Assembly: GCF_018977255.1 (NCBI RefSeq)
Contig: NW_024704742.1
Span: 13,580,001-13,644,000 of the forward strand
DNA length: 64,000 nucleotides
Reading direction: 5' to 3'
From: Callorhinchus milii
Taxonomy: Eukaryota
The position numbers and the translations under genes were made by a program. The notes beneath the pieces were generated by a model, which saw only the letters and a program-made list of their open reading frames with translations, was not told the origin of the DNA and made no database searches. Below are positions 1 through 13,740 of the stretch, one piece after another (within the stretch, counting starts at the first letter, position 1; each line of letters begins with the position of its first letter).

Positions 1-548
1 AAAAATATTAGCAGACAGAGATTATTTGGCATATTAGAAATTGGGCTAAATTTTGTCCAACAAATTCTCAATTATGGAACAACTTTACTCACAAATATAG
101 TCCTTGATGATCTTCACAAAATTTACTGACACAAAATTTATTTGACTGCTCATGACCTTGTTTTACGAAATGAGCCACTAGAAAATGTTTCAATATAGTG
201 TAGCTGCATGCTTTATACAGTATCTTATAACTATAATGCCTCAGCAGCACAAAACAAAGGCCTCAGGATCTAAAGGCAACCTGAGCTTCCTTTCCGTTCT
301 CGTGATCTGAACACAATGTCATATATTGATAGACCAGCAATGTGTGGTACAGGACAGTGCAGGTCACCATTGCACATTAAAAAGGGTCGAGACCATTTAT
401 GCCTCTTTCCAACATACAATAAAAGACTTAATCATGTCAAACTTAGTGAATGGGGAACATTTTAATGTTTAATGCAAATGCAAAAATGCAAACGCAAGGA
501 TTATTATTTATCACATCAAATGTTTGCTGGATATGGTGGAGGATATGG

Positions 549-992
549 TCGAATTCAAGATCCTCATCCTCACCTACAAGGCCATTCACGGCCTTGCTCC
601 CTCCTACCTCTCTGACCTACTATCCCCCTACTTACCTGCCCGTACACTCCGTTCCTCTGGCTCCGGTCTGCTCCACATCCCCCACCCCAACCGCCCTACC
701 ATCGGTGGTCGGGCCTTCAGCCTCTCAGCCCCTAGGCTCTGGAACTCCATCCCCCAGTGCCTTCACCGCCTCCTCCCTTTCCTCCTTCAAGGCCGGTCTC
801 AAGACCTTTCTCTTTGACCGTGCCTTCAGCTCCCCTCTCGACTCTCTACCCCCTCCTCGCTCCCTCCCTTTCCTCCCCTCACCCTGACCATTTCCCCCCT
901 GCTCAGGTCCTGACCCAACTGTACAGCACCTTGGGACATCCTCCCGACGTGAAAAGCGCACTATAAATGGAATCTTGTTGCTGTTGTTGTTG
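549..992 (+). mobile_element. 3' fragment of the same L2 family
   Basis: Translates [20 protein letters not shown]..., near-identical to the C-terminus of the 19933-23181 ORF. Same 3' stem-loop and (GTT)n tail. Confidence 0.93.
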
Positions 993-1871
993 AGGTGGAT
1001 CCTGCCCCCTCCATTATACAACAACCCTTACCCTCATTGTACAACATTCATCAAAAAATGTAAAATTTAAATCATGCATAAAACTCTGAGCCGGTGTTTT
1101 AAGTGATGTTTTACAAAAATTGATAATTTTCGTGGTTATCAGTGATACGTCTCCTGAAGCAAACAACCAAAGTTGCCTTCAGCTTTTAAGCCTTAAGCGT
1201 TAGCCTTTGATCAGTCCTCACAGCTGCAGTTGTAAATCTTGACAGTTTTGTCTCTCCAGACATTGCAAACCATGTTATCACTGCTAACAATTTAGAGAAG
1301 CTGATCAAATTGCCGGAAGCCATCTGTTATGTTGTTGTGACATAACCTGTAGTCCATATTTCAGACAGCCCAGGAGCTCTGGTTATTGTACCTTATTGCA
1401 AGAGGCAGCAGACATTACTCATAATAATAATCCTTGCATTTCATATAATGCCTTGTCATGTCAAAACATTTCAAAGCACTTCACAGAGTTTTCTGTAAAG
1501 TGTACTGACTGTATATTTGTAGGTAAACACGGTAGCCAATTTGCACACAGTAATGACCAACAAGAAAGCAATCATAAAGTGAATGACTGATTGTTTTATC
1601 TGAGGATCGTTGACTAGGACATCGGGAGAAACCCCTTTCTCTTTTTGAATTTACTCATCAGTTTCATCAGTGCATTCATCAGAATTCCCTCTAATTCCCT
1701 TGTGATGTGGTCAATGTTTCAATGCCCACCGCCCCCTTCCATGTTCTTTTATGAATGAGAGTGACTGTATGTTTTTATTCCTTTTGTGTTGTAAAATAGA
1801 TATAGAAGTTACCAACCACCTATAGTTATGTGCTAAAATGTACATTAGTTTCTAAATCAACAACAGAACCG

Positions 1872-2020
1872 ACCGTTCTGATGAAGGTTTGCGGACCCGA
1901 AATGTTGACTCACTTTCCTTTCTCCATAGATGCTACCTGACCTGCTGAGTGTTCCCAGCGACTTCTGTTTTTGTTTCAAACTTGTTTCAAACAGCATCTG
2001 CAGTATTTTGCGTTTTGTTC
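1872..2020 (+). mobile_element. Penelope-like terminal repeat fragment with degenerate hammerhead motif
   Basis: ctgatgaaggtttgcggacccgaaatgttgact followed by ...agatgctacctgacctgctgagtgttcccagc...cagcatctgcagtattttg. Homologous to the copies at 14434 and 47466. Confidence 0.7.
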
Positions 2021-4723
2021 ATATTTAATTCACTGCCACTTCTCTTCTAAGAATGCCTACCTTGAAGAAGTTCTGCTCTTCTCAAATCTAGTTCTTCCAG
2101 GTTCCTTCTCTAAGTCACTTTATAATTGTTATGTACAGATATTAATTATTACAGCATCATAGCAAATGCAAGCTAGGACACCTAGCTATCTGGAAATATC
2201 GTTGCTTACCCCTTCCTCAAAGATTCACTTGATGTTGGCTTGATTTAAAAAACACAGAGCCTTTAATTTAGTAGTGGCACTTAGAAAATGTAGCTAGTAA
2301 AGTTAATATTCTAGGTCTTGAACCAAAGCAGATGTTTATGAAAACATGATCGAACCAGAACAGCCACTTGGGATAGCAAGTTCAGTGAGTACACAGAACA
2401 TGGAACATTTGGGTACAATTCTCTAGTTAATTTATAAAATCTCCAGAGGTTGCATAAGTTAGATGGTGAATGAATCGTTTAAGGAGATGAATCTCTGTAA
2501 AGTCCATCATTGATCCTCAGATCAAATAACCTTGAGTTCTGCACAATTACCTTGAGGATCAATGACTATTACCACTTTGTTCAACTTTGACCAATAGCAT
2601 GCTACAGATGATGCCGCATATTTCCATGACTCCACAGCACAAGCATGAATCATCATGCTCCACTGAATATTTTACCATTGATCATATTCATCATAACCTT
2701 CGAGCCATTTTTGTGTTGATAGATATACAAGAACGTTCAATATCTGCACAAATGGCTTCCTTGTGTTTGTGAAAACAATGTGGCTATCAGATAATCTCCC
2801 TAAGCCTTATACTAGAAGAATGAAGTTTGTCATTAACTTCACAATTATTTATTGCACATTGCATTCTGCAATTTGGCTGCCGTGTTTGCCAACATATACA
2901 CAATCATTACAAAATCCCATGATTTTGGAGAGTGAAAAGTTGTCAAAATAAATTCAACGAGTGCATTAAATAGGAAAATGTTGGTTTAGAAAAGACAAGG
3001 ATCAATATGATTGAAGGAAGTATTCACCAGGCTTTAGAGATTAGATTAATGAGAGAGGAAACTCAGAGCAATATAGTGAACTAAAGAAGATTAATAAAGA
3101 GGAGGGAAATAATGAAGATTAAAGAAGGAAAGGTGATAGGGAGTGGTTTTCTAGAGAGAATGAATGAGGTTGTCATTACATCATTCATTGCTAATAAGCA
3201 ATATCTGGACTCACTCTTACCTTGTGTAGCCTCTAATTATAATAATAATCTTTCCATTTGATGTAATAATAATAATCCTTGCATTTGATATAGCGCCTCA
3301 TCACGTCAAAATGTCTCAAAGAGTTTCACAGAATACAATGAAAACTGAATTTACTTTATATTTTGATATAGCACCTTATCATGTTGTTGAAACATCTCAA
3401 AAGTGTTGTAAAGTGTTGTGACTGTGCATTTGTACACAAATGACTGAATATATATTAACTGGTTTATTCAGCTGGTCCAGATCACTCAGGCTAAAAACAG
3501 TATAACAATTATAATAATCTGTGCATTTGATATAGCCCTTTATTGCCTTGTTGAGATAGCTTAAAGTGCTTTACTGGATATAGTGTAAAGTTCTGTGTTT
3601 TGTAGGGGAATGCAACAGCAAATATGCAAGTATTAAGCGCCCTGGGATGCTACTCTATGTGAGGGGCATTACATAAATCCAAGTTATTGTTGTATTTTAT
3701 ATATGGGGTGGTGGGGTGGGGGGGGGGAGAGATGTAGCATTTTACCAGAAGGAATGCTCAGTCTGTGAACATGATGTAACCAATATTGTGAAAAATGTTT
3801 AGAAACACCTTTTAGAAAATATTCAGACCCATAGTTATACAACCATAAAAGCATAGAATGGAAGAAGGCTATCTTTATTCAGCCCATTGTGTTTGTGCTG
3901 GCTCTTTGAGCAATCCAGTCAATCCCTTTATCTGCCTTTCACCTTACTCCTGCAAGTTACACCATGATATATTCATATAAGATAATAATTGATAGTTATG
4001 TTACATGGCTGTTTGTGGATCTCTTAACATTTGAAGAGAAATTGTGGTTATTTTTGCATTACTTTGTTGGAATTCAATAATAAATTCCTTTAAAGGGAGT
4101 GTTCAGCTTTCTAAGCCTAAAACTGACAAGAGCAAACACCACTGCCCCATCACCTGAACAGAAATACACTTGTGTGCATAAATGCTGAATTACTGCTGTT
4201 TCAATGTTTTAGATTTCTACGTTACAAACAAAACTCATAATTATACTTAAAATGTCTGGTGTCAAATTAACTCAGTTGGTACAGAAGGTTGCAGATTCAA
4301 ACCTTATGTCAGGATTTGAGCTTATTGTCTGTGACAGTGAAGTATTCTGGGACATCAATACAAATAATTTTAAAACAAATTAAAATCAAGTATTATAATA
4401 AATGTGACAACACAATGTAAAACTTTTTAATGGAACATAAAGATGCCTAATGCACTGTGGCAGACACATACTGCGAAGAGTGGATGTAGCTGTGCCATGT
4501 TGCACTGCTCTGGAGCTGTTTTTTGTTAGCAATGTCACCTGGACAGGCTTGCATTGCCTTTAGTCAATTGGAATGCAGTTTATTGCAACACTGCACCATC
4601 CTGGGACTTGTGTGTTGGACATACATTTGCTGGACAATAAAGTTTCACTAATCACCACAGCTGCCGGAACAGCCTGCTGCAATCTTGATTTTGAGTTATG
4701 ATGAGCTATATAACTATGTAGCT

Positions 4724-4772
4724 ATATATATATATAGCTATATATATATATATATATATATATAGCTATATA
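4724..4772. repeat. (TA)n microsatellite interrupted by GC
   Basis: tagctatatatatatagctatatata...tagctatata. Confidence 0.9.
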
Positions 4773-4774
4773 GT

Positions 4775-5610
4775 GACCTAGATTTGCAGATGCGTCTGTA
4801 GATGACATCAAGTTAGGGGTACTCTGAAATCAAAAGAGACAACAAAGATCTTATGTTGCCTGACACTATATACACATTAAGTTATTACAAATAAATGCAA
4901 AGTACTGCATAGAGGAAATAAAAATGAAAGATACACAAACACCATGAATGGGATAGAACTGGGGGTGGGTGGGGGGGAACTGAAAGAGATCCAGGAATGT
5001 TAGTTGACTCATGCCTCACCATGTTAAAACCATGTGAAGCAACAATAAATAGGGCAAATAGAATGTTGGGCTACATTGCTAAATCAGTTAATTTTAGATA
5101 CCCAAACATGCTCCAGTACAGTGCTGTGGTCAGGCATTTGTTCTATTTGCTATGGTCAGGCATAGTTCTGGACACTTCAGCAAAAGAGTTTCCCAGCTCA
5201 AAACTCAGTAAAGAGGACAGCAGCAAGGTTATTTCTGGTGTTCAAGGAATGACCTTGAAGCAATAATTAGACAAGTTATGTATCTTCAGCCTTGAAAAGA
5301 GACTTCTCAGAGGGGCATTATAGAGATAGAGTTTATAATGGGATTGCTAAAGTAAACCCAGCACAATACTTTCAGATTTGCCAAAGGATTTGCCAAAGAA
5401 CAAGCGATCACAAATTCGGGATTGCAAAGGGCCATTTCAGGACAGGCACCAGGAAGTTTTTCTTTACCCAGAGATGAAGAAAGAATAATGATCGGAACAG
5501 ATCACTGGGAAGGGTCGTTGAGCCAGTACCCTGCATTCCATTATGAACATCTTATTACAAGTAGGTCTTCCAGAGCATGAGATCAAATGGCTCAAAGATC
5601 CTTCTTCGAC
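4775..5610 (+). mobile_element. Decayed CR1-clade LINE 3' fragment
   Basis: Broken RT/C-terminal motifs: DDIKL, ANRMLGYI, YSAVVRH, LEKR, FRTGTRKFFFTQR. Many stops and frameshifts. Confidence 0.8.
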
Positions 5611-6152
5611 TGACCCTCCCTTGTTTTCTTGTGTGATCTAACATTTCTTCATTTGTTTCTCTATTTCCTGAAGGAGCTGGGGCACCTAATTCCTCGGAGA
5701 CTGAGTTCTTGATTCTGGGTAAAATGGTGCTGAACGGCAGTATGCCTGATCAATATATTTGTTTTGGTTTCACTCTGTCTACATCATTGTCTTATTTCTG
5801 AATTTCCAGGGTACAGTCTTCAACAAAGAATGTGGGATCAAGGGGAGTACGACAGAAACTGGAGCTGCGATTTCTTTCCAAATGACAAAATATTTTTAAC
5901 CTGGTTCTGTTTCATTGTTTCTCTGCTAAGGAGAAGATTCAGACATCTACCAGATGGTGTGTTTGTATCTCTTCAGTAGAAAAAATCTTCAAAATGATTT
6001 AAGACCTGAGAATTTGGGAATGGGTCCTTTCTGATTCAGTTGATCAATGTTCTTTAGTATGTTACTGCAACCAATCAGACAAGACTAGGCTCTGTATTAA
6101 ACTGTTACAGACCCTGAAATCCTCCAATGCAGATTACAGTGTTTTTATGGTA

Positions 6153-6166
6153 CAGCAGGGGGCAGC
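6153..6166 (+). promoter_or_regulatory. Candidate CTCF-binding motif
   Basis: cagcagggggcagc resembles the CTCF core CCAGCAGGGGGCGC and lies in unique sequence. Motif match only. Confidence 0.35.
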
Positions 6167-8013
6167 AAAGCTCAAATATTGAATGAGCCACACCAGCTAT
6201 CTGCACATAAAACTCATGTGCAGGCTTGTCAAACAAATATTTTACAGATTTTATGGCAATGCTTTTTATTATACTGTAAACTGACACATGATTTCCCCCC
6301 CCCCAATTAACTATAACAATCAGAACTTCAATAACATTAGATCGCTGATAACAGCCAGAATCCCCTTATAGCCCTGGAGCACTAATAATATGTGTTACCA
6401 CTGGACCTTATGTCAAGCCTTTGTGAGATCACTATGTTTCACCAAATCAGTTAACCATGGAATGAATGGCAGGATGCCAATTAATCTGAACTGAAGCCAA
6501 AGCAACTGAGAATAATGTCATTATTGCAATACTCTTATGTACAAAGTTTCAATAGTTAATGGCTGCAACTTATTCCCTTAAATTGAAGATCATCTAAACG
6601 CTTCAGCTCCTTCAACAGATAGCGTGCCACATTCAATCATTTGGAACAATAGTTCTACCAGAGAATTGTTGTTCAATAGCTTTTCTGAAACGTTTGTGAT
6701 AGCAATGGTTTCAATACTATTGCTGAGTAACTTGGTCAGATAGCAACTGAGCCATTGATGCTTGAATTAATTTGTGGATGGTGAAAACTGGGGTGTTCTG
6801 TTTCAGGCGAATAGATATATTTTTCAATAGGAAAGAAAAAGAAAATGATTGCCAGGCAATCTGTTTTTTCAAATACTAGAAAATTGGGATCTGTCTCACT
6901 TTCTTCAATGACCTAACTTTCAAAATAACATGATGGATATGATGGGTATATATATATCAATCATACACAATACCTATTCAACCTTGGCAGTCAAGACAAA
7001 AGGTTTGTGGGCTGTATGTTTTGCTTTCAAGGTTAAGCTGAGGCCAGTTCAAGCATCTTAGTAGGTCTCTGTGACAAAATGTGCTGAGACAAAGGAAATT
7101 ATTGTAAGTTATTGCATTTCCAAGGAACCAAGAACACAACATGGAATTATTTTAAAGGCTGCGATGTATGTTTTCAACATGTCCACTTAGCTAAACATGA
7201 GAATCGTAGAATCATGTTATAGAACAGAAACACCATAAAAAATCAGAGCACATTGGTCATTATTCATTGTTTTATTAATATAGATGACCAGAATATTGGA
7301 GATTAAACATAGAGCTACAAAGCCACTATATCAAACATATCCTGTAGTCTTATTTCAGACTAAAGTTTGATTTCGGTGTAATTACCACTAGTAACCACTA
7401 GATGTGACTGTGATGCTTTATTAAAATTTCCAAGTACACTACTAGATTTCTATATATTAGTCTGAGCACCCATTTGGAAAGTAGATATTGTTTCTTTCTG
7501 GAGCATTTTTTCTCTTGATTAGTTTTTATTTCTTCCTGGATAATTTTTAGTGCTCATTAAATAGAGACTTGTCATATGGTTCTCCGAGAAGCTTCAATAC
7601 CTACTTAAACCCCGAAAATATCAAATTGTAACATGGTGTGATTCCTATCATCATTGAGCCACTTTTATGTATGAAAACTGCAATTATTTTAATAGTGACT
7701 ATTTAAATCGATATCTGAAGGAAATGATATAGGAAGACTTCCACTGTAGACTGAATGGAAAAGCAGCTTTATAATAACTTAGATTAGTTTGCATTCATCT
7801 CCTTGATCAATACTGAGTAAAATTCTTACTTAGTTTAGTGCAAATGGCTATGAATATGAATAATTCTGATCCATACAAACTATCATAAACAGGTATGACT
7901 TAGGCACTTTGCAGGATTTGAATGGTTCGATGATCCTTTAAACTCCAAAAGCAATCTATAAATGATGTCTGCAGCTGGACCCATCACAGAATGTCTCTCT
8001 TCTGTAATTCTTA

Positions 8014-9010
8014 ACAACAGTAACAATTTTTATTCACATAGTGCCTTTTACACTAGTAAGACAACTCAAAGCTCTCCACACAACTTTCCCCTCCGTGGTC
8101 ATCTTAAAATCACCTCTGAGCCTTAGCTGGGTGGGAGCTGAGGAGGGGAGGAGAAAGATATCAGAAGTATAGTGGAAAAGATGCCTCTCAAGGTGGGTTT
8201 TGAAGGTGAAGAGTAAGGGACCAAGTTGGAGGGACATCGAAATGAATCTCCAGAGAATGGAGGTAGAGTGGCTGAAGTCTACCCTAACAATGATGGAGCA
8301 GAGCAGGTGAGGGTGTCAGGGTTAGGGTGTGGTTATGGAGGCATTTGCAAGTAAGAACAAGAATCTTGAATTCAATCTGCTGGGTAATGGGGAACCAGTG
8401 AAGCTGAATAAGGATAGGATAAAGGACTCATGGAGTCAGGTGAGGGAAATGAGGTCTGTAGAGGTCTGCTTGTGTCAGAAGAAGTTGCGTAAACTAGTAA
8501 GTTGGGTATTAGAGAAATCAAGCCTGGAGGCAAAGAAGGAATGGTTTACCCAACAGTAGCCTAGTTGAAGGCATTTGGTAGCCTAGATGGAGAGGAAGTG
8601 GCAGAGATGGGTGCTGTTGGGAAAGTGAAAGAAAGCAGAGGAAGTGAGAATATAAATGTAAGGATTGATGGATATTTGGGGATTAAGCGAGACGCAGATG
8701 TTCTGCACTAACTCTGTGAGATGGAGGCTTTTGCCATTAGCGCCTGTGGTGAGAAGTCACTGATGGAAGACAATAATCCAAGCAGGAAAACATCAGACTT
8801 GTTGACATTGAGCTGTAGGACTTGACTCCAAGATTTCAGGTCTGACTTGCAATCATTCAGAATAGAAGTGTTCCTGGAATCGAGAGGGAGGGAGTTGGGT
8901 GACATCCACGTATATGTGCTTACGATTCACCAAGGGGAAGGTGAAGAGGAGAGGACCAAGGATAAAGGCCTGAGAAGCACTGCACTTGACTGTGCGGGAG
9001 CAGGAAGAGG
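8014..9010 (-). mobile_element. Old decayed L2 fragment
   Basis: Minus-strand remnants FKTHLE.HLF, LQLNVNKSD and a YVDV (YADD-like) region. L2-type 3' end near 8020-8075. Confidence 0.7.
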
Positions 9011-11025
9011 AATCATAAGAGGATTAACTATTAACCATTAACCATCTATTATTGTTGCAGCATTTTTTGTCCAAAGGAAATGTACTAAATTCAGCCCATG
9101 ACCAGATCTCAATACTCAAGTGATTAAGTTGTATGTTGAATGTATTTTATGTTTTATGAGTGACATGAAAATCACCTGGACCTGTTTGTGTTTAAAACGT
9201 TCCCAATGATTATCTTTCTTATTTGTGCTATGGATTCCTTTGAGTCTTGCAAACAACAGAACATGCAGAAATGTCCAATCACATGGTCTTGATGGACAAG
9301 ACCAGGAAAGCACCTTATTTCAGGGTTGCTTGCTAAGGAATGTGGGTCAGTCAGCTCCATAATGCTACGGTGAGGACATCCTGTCACAAGTGAGACGGAG
9401 CTGCACATGACTCACTGTGGTTAGTCCCAATTTGTGGCTGGTACAAATGAGTAAAATAAAGTGCTAAAATTATATAAATAATAAATAATAAAATTATATT
9501 ACTGTGAGTACAGTAAATCTTCAGTTTTCTCACCTTACTGCTGAAGTAAGTAGCTTACTGTAGTTGGCTCCAGGCTTCTACACATCCCTTGTCTCCTCCG
9601 CTCCACCAACGGCAGTCGTACTTTCAGTCATTATGCCCCAAAGCTAACCACTACCCCATGAAACTTTCTGCCTCAATCCCTCTGCCTTGTCCCCTCCTAG
9701 TCCATCTTCAGATCACATTTAAGACCTTTCCGTTTGATTGTGCCTACCTCCCCTCTCCTCGGCTCAGCTCCAAGCTCCGCCAATGTTAAGCATTCCGAGG
9801 TGGTAACCACATGAAGAATGCTATAAAAATGTTGTTGGTCTTGAAGGCTATAACTTATGCTGGGCTATTCCGTGACTGTAAAGTGGCCAGTCTTGAAATG
9901 TGAGCCTAAAATGAGGATATTTATTCAAAAACAGAAACAAATTTCTCCCCATTGCCCTGGCTAACAACCTGCTCAGAAATTATTGGTCATTCATTTCATG
10001 GCTATTTGTGGCACACTGTTGTGAGCAAATGGGCTGCAGCGTTCATCTACAAAATACACAGTCACTACATTTTACAATGAATCCTACGAAGAGCTTTGAG
10101 ATGTCTTGATATGAATGGAACTACATCAAATGCAAGGATTATTAATATTAATATTATTTATTAAACTAACATTTTCTTGCATCGGTTTCCTTTTAAGCCC
10201 CTTTATAATTTTCAATGTTACATGCACAAGGCAGGAGCCCCAGATCCATGCTAATTGTTTGCTGGGATAGGCCAGAGGCTGGAAGTGTCATCCCTGCTCC
10301 TTCTGTGAAACCCTTACACAGCGGTGGCTTGACTTAAAAACTGTGGAGCCTTGAAGAGGACAATTTAGCTGTGCCACACTGAGAAAATTGTACCTATTGT
10401 AACAATAAAGGAGTAAAAAATTCATACAATTCAGTACAATGGGGCTAAATATTTTGCACAGTGGAAAATTATTTCGGAGTGGCATGGAAATTGTGAAAAT
10501 CCATGTTTAGCAGCAAAGAAACCCAGAACTCTTACATGAATAAATACATTTCTTCCAGTGCCAGTGGCAATTAAATCCATTCACAGGCTGATCCTGCTGA
10601 ACTATAGATGATTTTCAACACTTGAAAAGGACAGTATGCCCTTTCAGGCTCTGCGGGTCTCCTCATTCAGAAAATAGCGCCAGAACTTTAGGATGCATAA
10701 TGGAGTGCAATTAGATGCACAGGATGTTTCTCACTGAGAGAAAAATTAAAAATAGTAACAAACCCTGGACTAAATTATCGAGATTGTTTAATTAAATCCA
10801 CACTATGATTATAGATTGGAAGATTAAAATTATGGATAATGTCCATTGAGACTGGGACATAAACTGTAGTATAATACTTTCCAGCAAAGAGTAAACGGAA
10901 ACAAAACCTTTCCTACCAGAACAAATGAAAAACTCCTTTTGAGACAAGCTGCAGTTCTTCACCTGAAAGCAGACATAGGTTCTAATGTGTATTATTAATA
11001 ATGATAATAATGATAATAATAATAA

Positions 11026-12079
11026 GGGTTAGGTTTTGATAATATAAGCACAAGATCAAGTTACTACTACTCGTTATTATGAAAATAAGATTTGGAAGAG
11101 AAAACATTGATCCGAAATGCCGAATATGCCATCAATAATGATAATCCTTACATTTGGTGTAGCGCTTTATTATGTTTTTAAGACATCTCAAAGCACTTCA
11201 CAGAATATACTGAAAGTGAATTGACTATTTTGTGGGCAAAATGTGGCAGCCAATTGCGCAGAGCAGTGTCTCACAAATAGTTGTGGATTGAGTGACCAAA
11301 TTTATTTTTAAAAAAATTAAGGAATTATTACCCACAGAAAAGCAATCCTCCAATCAACTAACAAACGGGTTCCTACTTACTGCTAGGTGAACAGAGGCAT
11401 GTGGAGTAAGGAAACTTGCCTAAGGTTTTGCCCTGCCCGGGAATCAAACCCATGTCTTCTCGCTTGTGAGGCAAGTGCTCTGACCACTAAGCTCCAGGAC
11501 TCCACAAGTACCAGAAACAGTAGACTACATATTACCATCCTGCCCAACACTAGTGCCATCTGAGTACCTGAATCAACATAACAATGGAGCTAAATATATC
11601 CACTGGACAATCTGTACACACTCTATGACATCAAAAGGTAACATCACAATAATCTGGACTCACAAGCGCAAAGAGATAGGACACAAATCTGTAATAAATC
11701 AGATATCATAAAATAAACTAGATTGTACATGCAGTATTATTAGTATGGCCGTTACAATTGACTACAATGTATGAAATAAGGAACTAGAGAAGATCAGGAA
11801 GAATGTTGATCTACAAATTGAATACGGACACATGTGGCAGTACAAGATGAGGATAGTTTATATAACCAATGGTGCAACTGGGACTGTTAATAAGACATTT
11901 CAGAAATTACTTGACAAGATATCTGGTGCACAAAATGTCCATCTGCGGCAGAAAGCATTTGTTTTGGGAAGTTGAGATTTACTGAAAAAAGTAACCATCC
12001 ATTTAAGTGTAAAATATTGTAATCTTACTGAAAATCATTTAGAAACTATCTCCACAGAGTGATCTAAACTGCAATCACA
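11026..12079 (+). mobile_element. R4/Dong-clade non-LTR retrotransposon 3' relic (zinc knuckle + restriction-like endonuclease), interrupted by a SINE
   Basis: Translation across stops, frameshifts and the SINE: AQDQVTTTRYY...IDPKCRICHQ|VPETVDYIT..SCPTLVPSEYLNQHN..AKYIHWTIC...MAVTIDYNV..KELEKIRK.VDLQIEYGHMW...GATGTV...QKAFVLGS. TAA repeats flank both sides. Confidence 0.85.
11136..11505 (-). mobile_element. tRNA-derived SINE (long variant) nested in the R4/Dong relic
   Basis: Minus-strand head gtggagtcctggagcttagtgg..., conserved body, L2-like 3' end and (ATT)n tail. Confidence 0.9.
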
Positions 12080-13277
12080 TAATAATAATTATCCTTATAT
12101 TTAGTATCACATCTTTCAAGTTGGGAGGATGTCCTTAAGCGCTTCACAGGATATACTGGATATACTGTCTAATTTGTAGGCAAATTTATATGTGAACTTA
12201 TATTGATGCAAGGTCGATGCTGCTCATTTTAGTGGTAATTGCTACAATTGTGCTGCTGATTCCTCAAAATATCCAGAATAAATGGAGGCACAGGCAGCAT
12301 GAATTGTGCATGACTCTTGCTCTTGCTACCTAGTGGGAAAAGATGGTTTCAAGAGCAGTCCAATTCAGAGTGTAGTGTAAATGTCGAAGGAATGACTGGC
12401 ACCGATCTCTCTCCTCCACTATTGATTTAAAGTCCTTGTGCTGTCTCAGTGCTCTGAGACACGAGAGAGCATTATTTAAATGCAAGTTGTTGTCATCTAA
12501 TGAGTGAATGGCAAGCTTTCAGTCGGCTGTTTTATTAAAAATATTTATAAAGAGCTAGTTGCAGAACTGGCTCTTTAATCAGATTTCATCTTGTCATATC
12601 AATAGCTAGACATCTCAAAGATGTGATAAAACGCTACATCATATGCAAAGATTATTATTATTAACTATATGCTGGGTCAAAGTTCATTACTGTGCAAATT
12701 AACATCTGAATGTTTGCCACATTGGGATGGATACGGTCACATCAGTGCTTGTTCTAACTTCACTGTAGATAAACTGATATCATTTTTCTAAAAAAAAAGG
12801 CTTGTCCAATAAAATAAGAATTTCCCTGGATAGTCTAAGAGTTAAGAATGGTGTAATGATATGCAATTTTGTGGAGGGAATTAACTTAACATTTGCTTTG
12901 TGCCATTAGAGGCTATTTTCTCCTTGATAGAATTCTGACATGTCTGAAATTGATATAATTGAGGTCAATTAAACCCGTGTGAGGTTAATACTGTTAGAAA
13001 AAAAAGTGGGTTAGAATTTGGATATATGTGTAGGTAAGTCTTGTAATACCTAATTTGGGTCTGAGTCATTCTACATAAACCAACTCAAAAGAAATATTAT
13101 AGCTGCAGCTATTGGCTGTCTTTAGAAGTGAAGTACAGGTCTGATTATAACACCTTTTAACTCTTTACTCACAGCTCAGAGGTCGAATGACTTGTCTGGA
13201 TGTACTTCAATGTGCTACCAATATCTGCCTAAATTACGCAAATCTGTACATATAAGGAGAATATAATTGTAACTGAG

Positions 13278-13740
13278 GTGTCAACCTGGCTCAGAAGTAT
13301 CACCTGTCAGTCAAATGGTTGTGGGTTCAAGCCCCTCATCGGGATTTTTAATGCATACAGTCTAGGTTCACATCTCAATGCAGTGCTGGGGTTGTTGCAT
13401 TATTAGATGAGATGTTAACCTACGTCCCATCTACCTATTCAAGTGGATGTTAAAGATTCCATGGCATTATTAAAAAAAGGAAGAGATTTTCTCCTAGAGA
13501 CCTAGCCAAGAATCCCACCCCCACTGCAAAAATAAATTGGCCATTCGCTTCTCCTTTGTTTGTGGGATATTGCTGTGCACAAATTGAGCTGTTGTGTTTG
13601 TCTATAAAATACACTGTCACTACACTTCACAGTAAATGTCCACAAAGTACACAGTGACTAAGTTACACAGCATATCATGTGAAAGACTTTGTGATGTCTT
13701 TGCAATGTGAAGTGTATCAAATGTAAGGATTATTTACTAT
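13278..13740 (+). mobile_element. Older tRNA-headed Deu-domain-type SINE (SacSINE1/AmnSINE1-like)
   Basis: Head cctggctcag...ggttgtgggttcaagccc, central ...ggatgttaaagattccatggcattatt..., then tttgtgggatattgctgtgcacaaatt and the shared tail. Related copies near 26725-27050, 27535-27750, 48280-48400 and 56690-56950. Confidence 0.7.

Noticed and set aside
3240..3700. Recurring taataatccttgcatttgatatag units resembling a spaced repeat array
   Set aside because: Spacing is irregular, the units are diverged and match SINE/L2 tails, the context is eukaryotic, and no cas genes are present. Not a CRISPR array.
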